Of a stretch of DNA of 64,000 nt, positions 9,441 to 18,235 are shown piece after piece. Both the position numbers and the translations under genes were made by a program. Under the pieces are notes generated by a model. That model saw only the letters and a program-made list of their open reading frames with translations, had not been told where the DNA came from and did not search any database. How positions within the stretch are numbered: the stretch's first letter is position 1; the number at the start of each line of letters is the position of its first letter. Origin of the DNA: Acidimicrobiales bacterium (GTDB taxonomy: Bacteria; Actinomycetota; Acidimicrobiia; Acidimicrobiales; MedAcidi-G1); NCBI GenBank assembly GCA_022449565.1, contig JAKUSA010000010.1, positions 3 through 64,002 of the forward strand, written 5' to 3'.

Positions 9441-10181
9441 ATGAACGACCATGAGATCGCCGGCCTCCTGGCTCGGGAGACCGGCGAGATCCTGGTCGAC
9501 CTGCGGGAGAGGGTCCTTGCCGAAGGCGGTTCTGGCTACCAACTTCGGTACCTGGGCGACCAGACCGCCCATCGGCACCTGACTGACCGCCTTACCGAGC
9601 TGCGGGCCGGCGATGCCGTACTGTCCGAGGAGGGAGACGACGATCATTTCCGGCTGGAGGCCGACCGGGTGTGGATCATCGATCCCCTGGATGGCACCCG
9701 GGACTACGGCCTTCGGGGGAGCGTGGAGTGGGCGGTTCACGTTGCCCTAGTGGTCGCCGGCCGGCCGGTCGCCGCTGCTGTGGCCCTTCCGGCCCTCGGC
9801 ACTCTCTACGGCACACTCCAGGACCGTGTCGACGGTGCAGTGAGCGGTAACGATCGGCCGGTGGTCATCACCAGCCGATCGCAGTGGGGGGAGGCTGAGG
9901 AGGTAGCAGCAGCAATCGGCGGAGTGGTCCGCAACGTCGGCTCGGCCGGAGTGAAGGCCATGGCGGTGGTGGCTGGCTCGGCGGACGTGTACGTGCACCC
10001 CTCGGGGCTCTACGAGTGGGACGCTTGTGCTCCCGCTGCGGTGGCCGCCGCGGCCGGGCTTGACGTCAGCGGGGTCGACGGCTCGGACCTGGTGTTCAAC
10101 AAGCCCCGACCCGTCGTACCCGGACTGCTGGTCAGCCGACCTGAGTACACCGCGGCGACCCGGCGGGCTCTGCGCTGTTAG
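9441..10181 (+). CDS. cysQ: inositol monophosphatase / 3'(2'),5'-bisphosphate nucleotidase family (CysQ-like)
   Basis: LSEEGDDD, WIIDPLDGTRDY and YEWDACA motifs. Confidence 0.8.
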   Translation: MNDHEIAGLLARETGEILVDLRERVLAEGGSGYQLRYLGDQTAHRHLTDRLTELRAGDAVLSEEGDDDHFRLEADRVWIIDPLDGTRDYGLRGSVEWAVHVALVVAGRPVAAAVALPALGTLYGTLQDRVDGAVSGNDRPVVITSRSQWGEAEEVAAAIGGVVRNVGSAGVKAMAVVAGSADVYVHPSGLYEWDACAPAAVAAAAGLDVSGVDGSDLVFNKPRPVVPGLLVSRPEYTAATRRALRC

Positions 10182-10185
10182 TAGC

Positions 10186-10791
10186 TCAACCGGTCAGTGA
10201 CGTCCACAGGTTGTCGACCTGGGCGGTCAGGGCCGTGAGGTCCGAGTTGTTGACGACCACGTGGTCGGCTGCCGCCCGGCGTTCCTCGTCGCTGGCCTGC
10301 CGGGCCATCCGATTCCGGGCCTCGTCGACGGAGACGCCCCGGGCGGCTAGACGCTCTATTCGGAGGTCGGCGGCGGTCTCGACCACCACCACTGTCGAAT
10401 AGCCGCCGCCGTCGGGTAATTGGCCCAGGTCGCTTTCTACCAGGACTGCCATGTCGAGGACAGCCACAGCATCTGGTGAAGCGGAGGAGATGTCGTCGAG
10501 CCGGGCAGCCACCTCCCGGTTGATGGCCGGATGACTGATCGCCTCCAGTGCCCTGAGGCGTTCGTGGTCGGCGAAGACCACCCGGGCCAGTGCGGCCCGG
10601 TTCACGGTGCCATCCGCGGCCAGTACCCGAGCCCCAAACTCGGCGGCCACCGCGTCGCGAACCTCGTCCCGGTCCAGGACCTGGCGCCCGATGCCGTCCA
10701 CATCGACGACCACCGCTCCCCGTTCGGCTAACAACCCGGCCACGGTGGTCTTCCCGGCTCCGATGCCGCCACACAGGCCCACTACCAACAT
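10186..10791 (-). CDS. coaE: dephospho-CoA kinase
   Basis: MLVVGLCGGIGAGKTTVAGLL P-loop N-terminus. The start is taken at ATG 10791. Confidence 0.85.
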   Translation of the reverse strand: MLVVGLCGGIGAGKTTVAGLLAERGAVVVDVDGIGRQVLDRDEVRDAVAAEFGARVLAADGTVNRAALARVVFADHERLRALEAISHPAINREVAARLDDISSASPDAVAVLDMAVLVESDLGQLPDGGGYSTVVVVETAADLRIERLAARGVSVDEARNRMARQASDEERRAAADHVVVNNSDLTALTAQVDNLWTSLTG

Positions 10792-10839
10792 CGTCCCAGC
10801 GTGGCCCAGCCCCGGGCCGATGTCACGCACCAGTGGGGC

Positions 10840-11028
10840 GATAGTGTGGCAACCGCCTGCGGCGACCCGAAGCCGGTGAGATCCCGGTGCTGTCCCGCAA
10901 CTGTGGTCCCGGACCCGTCCGGGCAAGCCAGACCGGCGCCGCAGGCACGACCGAATCGGTCCCGAGGAGGGGCGGTTGCAGGTCAGGGTCTCCCTGGCCG
11001 GGCCGTAGCCTCGGCCGGGAGGAGACCC
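10840..11028 (+). promoter_or_regulatory. cobalamin (B12) riboswitch with RBS-sequestering helix
   Basis: Core GAAGCCGGUGAGAUCCCGGUGCUGUCCCGCAACUGU at 10869-10904. B12-box-like CAAGCCAGACCGGCGCC at 10924-10940. A 10-bp helix pairs gcctgcggcg (10855-10864) with cgccgcaggc (10937-10946). gggtctcc (10986-10993) can pair with ggagaccc (11021-11028), which contains the SD of the downstream gene. Confidence 0.75.
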
Positions 11029-11030
11029 AG

Positions 11031-11924
11031 TTGAGGAACCTGTCCATCCGATCAGCGGCCCTTACCGTCGCCCTGGCGGTGGCCATGACCGGGTGCGGAT
11101 TCGACGACCCCACCGGCCCGCCCGCCCTCTCGGGGGCGATGACCACCGTCCCGGTTGCCACGGTGGCCCAACGGGTCGTGTCGTTATCACCGACGGCCAC
11201 CGAGATCCTCTTCGCCATCGGTGCCGACAAGCAGGTGGTTGCCGTCGACGACCAGTCCAACTACCCGGCTGGCGCACCGGTGACCGACCTGTCGGGCTAC
11301 ACCCCCAACGTGGAGTCCATCGCCTCCTACGATCCGGACTTGGTAGTGGCCTCCTACGACCCGGGCGACCTAGTGGCCGGCCTGGAAGCCCTCGGGGTGG
11401 CCACCCTGCTCCAGCCGGCGGCCGCGACCATTGCCGACACCTACGACCAGGTCCTCGAGTTAGGCCACGCCACCGGCCGAATCGCCGAGGCGGTCGGGGT
11501 TAACCAGCGGATCCGGGCAGGCCTGGCCGAGATCGCCTCCTCGGGGGCCGGAGCCGGCCTCACCTACTACCACGAAATCGACAACACCTTCTACACGACC
11601 ACCTCGTCGACTTTTTTGGGTCAGCTCTACAGCCTGCTCGGCCTGTCCAACATCGCCGATCCGGCCGACGAGGTCGGGTTCGGCTGGCCGCAACTTTCCG
11701 CCGAGTTCATCGTCGACGCTGACCCCGACTTGGTATTCCTCGGTAACGCCGCCTGGGGCGAGTCTGCCGAAACGGTCGCTGCCCGGCCCGGATGGGGGGC
11801 GATGACCGCGGTGCGAAACCGGCGGGTCGTCCCCGTCGACACCGACATGTCCGGGCGCTGGGGTCCGCGGGTCGTTGAATTCCTGGCCGAAGTCCGGACA
11901 GCCATCGAAGGCCACACGGGCTAA
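11031..11924 (+). CDS. ABC transporter substrate-binding lipoprotein, BtuF/FhuD class (cobalamin/siderophore type)
   Basis: TTG start 3 nt after the ggagaccc element (11021-11028), which carries the GGAG Shine-Dalgarno. Lipobox AMTGC. VVSLSPTATEILFAIGADKQVVAVDD is typical of the class. Sits behind a B12 riboswitch. Confidence 0.8.
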   Translation: MRNLSIRSAALTVALAVAMTGCGFDDPTGPPALSGAMTTVPVATVAQRVVSLSPTATEILFAIGADKQVVAVDDQSNYPAGAPVTDLSGYTPNVESIASYDPDLVVASYDPGDLVAGLEALGVATLLQPAAATIADTYDQVLELGHATGRIAEAVGVNQRIRAGLAEIASSGAGAGLTYYHEIDNTFYTTTSSTFLGQLYSLLGLSNIADPADEVGFGWPQLSAEFIVDADPDLVFLGNAAWGESAETVAARPGWGAMTAVRNRRVVPVDTDMSGRWGPRVVEFLAEVRTAIEGHTG

Positions 11925-11939
11925 GCGGGGCAAGGACCG

Positions 11940-13007
11940 GTGACGCCCACCCCGCCCCGGGAACCGGACGGGCTCCGCCCGGTCTCCCTTCACGGCTGGT
12001 GGCTGGTCTTCGCACTGGGCGCCGCCGGGCTGGCCAGTATGGCCGGACTGGTTCTAGGCCCGGCCGACCTCGGGGTCGGTCGGGTCCTGGTCGAGCTGGC
12101 AGATGGGCTCCCCTTCGTAGAGTTCGACTCCGGGCTGGGTGAGCGTCAACAGGCCATCGTGTGGGAGATCCGGCTTCCCCGGGTCGTCCTGGGATTGCTG
12201 GTCGGCGCCATGCTGGCCACCGCCGGCGGCGCCTACCAGGGGGTGTTCCGCAACCCGCTGGCCGACCCGTATCTACTTGGGGTGGCCGCGGGGGCCGGGT
12301 TCGGCGCCACGGTGGCCATCGTCACCGGGGCCGGCGATGGCATCGGGGTCCTCGACCCGGTGCCCCTAGCCGCGTTCGCTGGGGCGCTCCTGGCCGTCAC
12401 CCTCACTTACCTAGTGGGCGCGACGGGTGGTCGTCTTAATCCGGTAACCAGCCTGGTGCTGGCCGGGGTGGCGGTGGCCAGCTTCTTCACCGCCGTCCAG
12501 ACCTTCGTCCAGCAGCGCGAGTCCGAAACGATCCGACAGGTCTACTTCTTCGTCCTGGGTCAGTTGCGGACCGCCGGGTGGGACGAGGTGGTCCTGCTGG
12601 CCCCCTACACGGTGGTCTGCCTGGCGGTGATCCTGGCCGTGCGCCACCGTCTCGACGTCCTCGGGGTGGGCGACGAGGAGGCCGGAGCATTGGGCCTCGA
12701 GGTCCGGCGGATGCGCCTGGTCACCGTGGTGGCCGCCTCACTGGGCACGGCCGCCGCGGTGGCGGTCAGCGGCCTCATCGGGTTCGTGGGGATCATCGTC
12801 CCCCACACCGTCCGTCTGATCTTCGGCACCAGCTACCGGGTGATCCTGCCGCTGACCGTGTTATTCGGTGGGGCCTTCCTGGTAGCGGCCGACCTGGTGG
12901 CCCGCCTGGTCCTCCAGCCGGCCGAGATCCCCATCGGGGTGGTCACCGCCTTCCTCGGCGCGCCGTTCTTCGTGGTGGTGCTCCGCAGCGCCCGGAGAGC
13001 CTCATGA
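11940..13007 (+). CDS. FecCD-family ABC permease (BtuC-like)
   Basis: About 9-10 TM helices, the FecCD pattern (LLVGAMLATAGGAYQGVFRNPLADPYLLGV), and a C-terminal GAPFF motif. Confidence 0.9.
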   Translation: MTPTPPREPDGLRPVSLHGWWLVFALGAAGLASMAGLVLGPADLGVGRVLVELADGLPFVEFDSGLGERQQAIVWEIRLPRVVLGLLVGAMLATAGGAYQGVFRNPLADPYLLGVAAGAGFGATVAIVTGAGDGIGVLDPVPLAAFAGALLAVTLTYLVGATGGRLNPVTSLVLAGVAVASFFTAVQTFVQQRESETIRQVYFFVLGQLRTAGWDEVVLLAPYTVVCLAVILAVRHRLDVLGVGDEEAGALGLEVRRMRLVTVVAASLGTAAAVAVSGLIGFVGIIVPHTVRLIFGTSYRVILPLTVLFGGAFLVAADLVARLVLQPAEIPIGVVTAFLGAPFFVVVLRSARRAS

Positions 13008-13786
13008 CCGCCATCTCGTGCCGAGACGTCGCGGTGGCCTTCGACGGGTTTGAGGTGCTCCGGGGCGTCGACCTGGACGTGGCCTCCGGCGGCTGGGTGA
13101 CCGTAGTGGGCCCCAACGGCGCCGGGAAGAGCACGCTATTGCGGGCCGCAGCGGGCGTCGTGGCCGCCGCAGGATCAATCAGCCTGGGGGGCCGGCCGGT
13201 CGACGGCCTGACCCGTCGGGAGTTGGCACGGCTGGTGGCCCTGGTCTCCCAGGAGCCGGTGGTCCCTACGGGAATGCGGGTGGTCGACTACGTGCTGCTT
13301 GGCCGGACTGCTCACCTCGGCTTCTTCGAACCGGAGGGCAAACGGGACCTAACGGTGGTCGCCTCGGCCCTGGACGCCCTCGACGCTCGGCACCTGGCCG
13401 ACCGGGTGGTTGACACGCTCTCCGGCGGGGAACGACAAAGGATAGTGGTGGCCCGGGCCCTGGCCCAGGAGTCCCCTGTGCTGCTATTGGACGAGCCGAC
13501 CACCGCATTGGACATGGGCCACCAGCAGGAGACCCTGGAGCTGGTCGACCGACTCCGGTCGGAGCGGAATCTGACCGTGCTGGCCACCATGCACGACCTC
13601 ACCCTGGCCGGGCAGTACGCCGACCGACTGGTCATGCTGGTCGCCGGCCAGGTGGTGGCCGACGGTCCGGCCGCCGAGGTGCTGACCGCCGAGGCGGTGG
13701 CCCACCACTACGGGGCCCGGGTCCGGGTGATTGACGACGCCACCGGCCCGATCGTGGTGCCCGTTCCGGGCGCCAACCCAGGCTAA
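13004..13786 (+). CDS. ABC transporter ATP-binding protein (BtuD/FecE-like)
   Basis: ATGA overlap with the permease stop. Walker A GPNGAGKST, signature LSGGERQR, Walker B LLLDEPT. Confidence 0.9.
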   Translation: MTAISCRDVAVAFDGFEVLRGVDLDVASGGWVTVVGPNGAGKSTLLRAAAGVVAAAGSISLGGRPVDGLTRRELARLVALVSQEPVVPTGMRVVDYVLLGRTAHLGFFEPEGKRDLTVVASALDALDARHLADRVVDTLSGGERQRIVVARALAQESPVLLLDEPTTALDMGHQQETLELVDRLRSERNLTVLATMHDLTLAGQYADRLVMLVAGQVVADGPAAEVLTAEAVAHHYGARVRVIDDATGPIVVPVPGANPG

Positions 13787-13843
13787 TTGACAGAGCTCGG
13801 GCTACCGTCGGCCGACACTGTCGAACACCGAGGGGGAGGGGAC

Positions 13844-14725
13844 ATGTCCGAGGCATGGTCCGCGCGGAAAAAGCACGCCACCGTTGACGGGAAGCGGATG
13901 GCCTACGTGGAGATCGGGGACGGTGATCCGATCGTGTTCCTTCACGGAAACCCAACCTCGTCGTACCTGTGGCGAAACATCATCACGCACGTCGCCGGGG
14001 CCGGCCGGTGCATCGCCCCCGACCTGATCGGTCAGGGGGACTCCGACAAGCTCGACGACCCAGGTCCCGGCTCATACCGGTACGTCGAGCACCGTCGGTA
14101 CCTTTTCGGGCTCCTCGAGCAACTAGGAGTGACCTCCGAGGTCACCCTGGTCGTCCATGACTGGGGTTCGGCGCTGGGTTTCGACTGGGCGGCCCGACAC
14201 CCCGACTCCGTGAAGGGAGTCTGCTACATGGAGGCCATCGTACGACCCTTGGAAGGGTGGGATGAGTGGCCCGAAGGCGCCCGAGGGATCTTCCAGGGCT
14301 TCCGTTCCGAGGCCGGTGAGGAGATGGTCCTGGTCAAGAACCTGTTCGTGGAAGGTGTGCTGCCGGCCGCCATCCTCCGTGACCTCACTCCGGAGGAGCA
14401 TGATGAATACCGGCGGCCGTTCGTCGAGCCCGGCGAGTCTCGTCGACCCACCTTGACCTGGCCGCGGGAGATACCCATCGGCGGCCAGCCGGCCGACGTG
14501 GTTGCCATCGTTGCCGACTACGCCAGCTTCATGACTGGAGCGGGGTTCCCCAAACTATTCATCAATGCTGAGCCGGGGGCCATCCTCCGGGACTCCCAAC
14601 GCGAGTTCTGCCGCACCTGGCCGAACCAGACCGAGGTGACAGTGGCCGGACAACACTTTGTTCAGGAGGATGCTCCCGACGAGATTGGTGCCGCGCTCTC
14701 CGATTGGTACGCGTCGCTCGGCTAG
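13844..14725 (+). CDS. haloalkane dehalogenase, HLD-II-like (DhaA/LinB type)
   Basis: FLHGNPTSSYLWRNI, nucleophile VVHDWGSALGF, and GQHFVQEDAPDEI (His). ATG at 13844 follows a gagggggagggg SD-like run. Confidence 0.85.
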   Translation: MSEAWSARKKHATVDGKRMAYVEIGDGDPIVFLHGNPTSSYLWRNIITHVAGAGRCIAPDLIGQGDSDKLDDPGPGSYRYVEHRRYLFGLLEQLGVTSEVTLVVHDWGSALGFDWAARHPDSVKGVCYMEAIVRPLEGWDEWPEGARGIFQGFRSEAGEEMVLVKNLFVEGVLPAAILRDLTPEEHDEYRRPFVEPGESRRPTLTWPREIPIGGQPADVVAIVADYASFMTGAGFPKLFINAEPGAILRDSQREFCRTWPNQTEVTVAGQHFVQEDAPDEIGAALSDWYASLG

Positions 14726-14777
14726 GCGTGGTGACGGGGGTCGGGCACCCTGCAGGCTGGTCGTCGGGCCGCTCGTA

Positions 14778-16439
14778 TCAGCCCAGGCGCACCGGGGTGG
14801 ACACCTCGGCGAAAAAGTCGCCTCCCTTGTCGTCGATGACCATGAAGGCCGGGAAGTCCTCGACCTCGATGCGCCAGACGGCCTCCATACCCAGATCGGG
14901 ATAGTCGAGGACCTCGACCCGTCGGATCGAATTGGTGGCCAGACGGGCCGCCGGCCCACCGATCGACCCAAGGTAGAAGCCCCCGTGGCGGGCACAGGCC
15001 TCGGCGACCTCCCGGGACCGGTTGCCCTTAGCCAACATCACCAGGCTGCCGCCGGCGGCCTGGAACCGGTCCACGTAGACGTCCATTCGCCCCGCCGTGG
15101 TTGGCCCAAACGATCCTGAGGCGTACCCCTCCGGGGTCTTAGCCGGGCCCGCGTAGTAGACGGGGTGGTCGCGGAGGTAGTCGGGCATTGGCTCACCGGC
15201 GTCGAGTCGGTCGGCGATCCGGGCATGGGCCACATCCCGGGCCACAACCAACGTGCCAGTCAGAGCCAGGCGAGTCTTGACCGGGTGGCGGCCCAACTCG
15301 GCCCGGATCTCGGCCATCGGCCGATTCAGGTCGATGGGGACTACTACGCCGGGCAAGTCCTGTGCGGCCACCTCGGGCAGGAACCGGGCCGGGTCGTCTT
15401 CGAGTTCTTCCAGGAACAGGCCCTCCGCGGTGATCTTACCCAGGGCCTGCCGGTCCGCCGAGCAGGACACGGCAATCCCGACCGGGTTGGAGGCGGCGTG
15501 GCGGGGCAAGCGCACCACCCGTACGTCGTGGCAGAAGTACTTGCCACCGAACTGGGCCCCGATCCCGAACTCCCGGGTCATGGCCAAGATCCGCTCCTCC
15601 CACTCCGGGTCCCGGAAGCCATGGCCGGCCTCGCTACCCGATGTAGGCAGGTGGTCCAGATAGCGGGCCGAGGCGTACTTGGCGACCTTCAGGTTCTGCT
15701 CGGCCGACGTACCGCCTATGACCACGGCCAGGTGGTACGGAGGGCAGGCTGCGGTGCCTAGCAACCGCAGCTTCTCATCCAGGAAGGCAGCCAGTCGGTC
15801 CGGGTCGAGCAGGGCCCTGGTCTCCTGGTACAGGAAGCTCTTGTTGGCCGAACCGCCGCCCTTGGCCAGGAAGAGGAACCGGTAGGAGTCGCCGGGCACC
15901 GCCTCAATGTCGATCTGGGCCGGCAGGTTGGTTCCCGTGTTGCGCTCGGTGAACATGTCCAGCGGAGCCATCTGCGAGTACCGCAGGTTCGATGTCAGGT
16001 AGGTGTCGTACACGCCCTTGGAGATGGCCTCCCTGTCGTCGCCCGGGGTGAGGACCTGCTGGCCCTTCTTGGCTGCCACCACCGCGGTGCCGGTGTCCTG
16101 GCAGGACGGAAGGATTCCTCCGGCTGCGATGTTGGCGTTGTGGAGCAACTCGAGGGCTACGAACCGGTCATTGTCGGAGGCCTCGGTGTCGTCAAGGATG
16201 GCTGCCAGTTGTGCCAGATGGCCGGGCCGTAACAAGTGGGCCATGTCACGCATCGCCGTGGCAGTCAGAAGCCGGATGGCCTCAGGGTCAACTTCCAGGA
16301 AGGTGCGGCCGCCTGGTCCGTCCACGGTCGAAACCCCATCGGCGGTCAGGTGCCGGAACTCCGTGGTGTCGTACGGGTCCTCGAGCAGGGGTAGCAGATC
16401 GGTGTGGGCGAACTCGGGGACCTCGGTCTCGGAGGCCAT
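14778..16439 (-). CDS. fumA: class I (Fe-S dependent) fumarate hydratase, fused alpha/beta type
   Basis: 553-aa single polypeptide with the class I fumarase/tartrate dehydratase layout (N-terminal catalytic part, C-terminal GPTTAGRMD... beta-type part). Confidence 0.85.
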   Translation of the reverse strand: MASETEVPEFAHTDLLPLLEDPYDTTEFRHLTADGVSTVDGPGGRTFLEVDPEAIRLLTATAMRDMAHLLRPGHLAQLAAILDDTEASDNDRFVALELLHNANIAAGGILPSCQDTGTAVVAAKKGQQVLTPGDDREAISKGVYDTYLTSNLRYSQMAPLDMFTERNTGTNLPAQIDIEAVPGDSYRFLFLAKGGGSANKSFLYQETRALLDPDRLAAFLDEKLRLLGTAACPPYHLAVVIGGTSAEQNLKVAKYASARYLDHLPTSGSEAGHGFRDPEWEERILAMTREFGIGAQFGGKYFCHDVRVVRLPRHAASNPVGIAVSCSADRQALGKITAEGLFLEELEDDPARFLPEVAAQDLPGVVVPIDLNRPMAEIRAELGRHPVKTRLALTGTLVVARDVAHARIADRLDAGEPMPDYLRDHPVYYAGPAKTPEGYASGSFGPTTAGRMDVYVDRFQAAGGSLVMLAKGNRSREVAEACARHGGFYLGSIGGPAARLATNSIRRVEVLDYPDLGMEAVWRIEVEDFPAFMVIDDKGGDFFAEVSTPVRLG

Positions 16440-16516
16440 GGGCCCAACTTACCCCCGCCTGAGGAAAAGGACTGGGGGCATTCCCCAAGCACGGGGCCCG
16501 TTGGTGGGGCCGGCGG

Positions 16517-17548
16517 TCAGACGGCGGCCAGGCCGGCAGCGATACCGTCCCAGACCTCGGTGTCCCCGCCGAGCACGTAGAAGGTCATCCGGTCGACGCA
16601 GTCGCCGTAGCGCTTGGCGATCCCGTCGGCGATGGAGTCGGGTTCTCCCACCACGGCGAAGGTGGACAGCATTTCCTCGTCGATCAACTCGGCCATGGCC
16701 TGCCAGGCGCCCTCTTTGGACATGCGGTTCAACTCGTCTTGGGCGTCGCCCCAGCCGTGCAAGTCCAGCACCCCCCGGTAGGCCGGGGTGGAGCCGTAGA
16801 AGGCGATCTGCTGGCGGATACCGGCTGCCGAGCGGGCCATGGACTCCTCGTCCCCGCCGGTGACCACGAACCCCGGTCCCACGATTTCGAAGTCGTCCAT
16901 GCTCCGGCCCGCCTTGGCCAGACCTCGTTCCACGGCCGGGATGGTCACCTCGCGGAGGTACTGTTCGGTGCTGAAGGCATGGCAGATGATCCCGTCGCAC
17001 ACTTCGCCGGCCACCTCCGACATCAGTGGGCCGACTGCCGATATGAAGATCTTCGGGTCGCCGTGCGGGCTGGGTCCCGGATCGAAAAACGGGGTCATCA
17101 GCGTGTGGGTGTAGAAGTCGCCCCGGAAGGCCAACTTGGTGCCGTTCTCCCAACAGTCCCAGATGGACCGGATGGCGGTGATCATCTCCCGCATACGGGC
17201 TGCCGGCCGCGACCACTCCATGGAAAACCGCTTTGTGATGTGGGGCTTTATCTGGGTCCCGAGACCCAGGATGAACCGACCCCTGCTGTACTGCTGGAGG
17301 TCGTAACCGATGTTGGCCAGAGTCATCGGATTCCGGGCCAGGGCCACGGCGATCGAGGTTCCCAGTTCAATACGCTCGGTGTGCTCGGCGGCCACCATGT
17401 GGGGCAGGAACGGGTCGTGGCTGGTTTCGGCCGTCCACGCTCCGGCGTAGCCCTTGGCTTCGAGGCGCTGGGCTGAGTCGATGATGGTCTGGAACCCTCC
17501 GTCCAAACTAGTTGGGAACGCGGCACCCAGGCCGCCGTCGATCTTCAT
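16517..17548 (-). CDS. LLM-class (luciferase-like) F420-dependent oxidoreductase
   Basis: TIM-barrel LLM pattern (MKIDGGL...GYAGAWTAETSHDPFLP...RFILGLGTQ). I chose the start at ATG 17548 so it does not overlap the divergent gene. Confidence 0.75.
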   Translation of the reverse strand: MKIDGGLGAAFPTSLDGGFQTIIDSAQRLEAKGYAGAWTAETSHDPFLPHMVAAEHTERIELGTSIAVALARNPMTLANIGYDLQQYSRGRFILGLGTQIKPHITKRFSMEWSRPAARMREMITAIRSIWDCWENGTKLAFRGDFYTHTLMTPFFDPGPSPHGDPKIFISAVGPLMSEVAGEVCDGIICHAFSTEQYLREVTIPAVERGLAKAGRSMDDFEIVGPGFVVTGGDEESMARSAAGIRQQIAFYGSTPAYRGVLDLHGWGDAQDELNRMSKEGAWQAMAELIDEEMLSTFAVVGEPDSIADGIAKRYGDCVDRMTFYVLGGDTEVWDGIAAGLAAV

Positions 17549-17596
17549 ACCGCGGACGGTAGCCCGAGCCTTCGGCACCGCTAGCGTCCGGACGCC

Positions 17597-18235
17597 ATGG
17601 AGCTCCTGCTGGTCCGTCACGCCCTCCCGGACCGGGTCGACAACACTCCGACCGGAGAGGTCGCCGATCCGGCCCTGTCGGCCCTAGGTCTTCGGCAGGC
17701 GGCGGTCCTGGCCGAATGGCTGGCCGGCTCGTGGCCCGGAGGGCCCCCGGCCGAGGCGATCGACGCTGTCTATGCCAGCCCAATGGTCCGGGCTCTCGAG
17801 ACTGCCTCGCCAGTAGCCGAGCGGCTCGGGTGCCCCAAGGTGGTAGAGGGCGGGCTGGCCGAGTACGACGCTGAGGAGGTGGTCTACATACCGGTGGAGG
17901 AATTACGGGCTGCTCGTGACCCACGTTGGTTCGAGTTGGTCTCTGACGAGGCCATCCCGGATCTGGCCGACTTCCAGGCCCGGGTGGTGGTCACCGTCGA
18001 GGCGCTGGTAGCGGCCCACTCTGGGCAGCGGCTGGTACTGGTCTGCCACGGAGGGGTGATCGGCGCCTACCTGGCGTACGTACTCGGCATCCAGCGGGTG
18101 CTGTTCTTCGAGGCGGGTTATACCTCGATCAGCCGGGTGCTGGCCGCCTCCACGGGCGAGCGGTCGGTCGCCTCGATGAACGAACTGGCCCACCTCCGGG
18201 CGGCCGGCGTGCCCCTCTACGGAGACGGCAACTGA
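17597..18235 (+). CDS. histidine phosphatase (phosphoglycerate mutase) family protein
   Basis: LLLVRHALP N-terminal RH motif and LVCHGGVIGA second-His region. Confidence 0.75.
   Translation: MELLLVRHALPDRVDNTPTGEVADPALSALGLRQAAVLAEWLAGSWPGGPPAEAIDAVYASPMVRALETASPVAERLGCPKVVEGGLAEYDAEEVVYIPVEELRAARDPRWFELVSDEAIPDLADFQARVVVTVEALVAAHSGQRLVLVCHGGVIGAYLAYVLGIQRVLFFEAGYTSISRVLAASTGERSVASMNELAHLRAAGVPLYGDGN

Noticed and set aside
9315-9740. The 5' extension of the FabH ORF (8379..9740, 453 aa).
   Set aside because: FabH homology begins at MPYGRITGW (ATG 9314). The upstream 142 codons are non-homologous and would run through the divergent cysQ promoter and start region.
12578-13003. The N-terminal extension of ORF 12578..13786.
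   Set aside because: It overlaps the FecCD permease in another frame. The ATPase clearly starts at ATG 13004 (MTAISCRDVAV...), which overlaps the permease stop.
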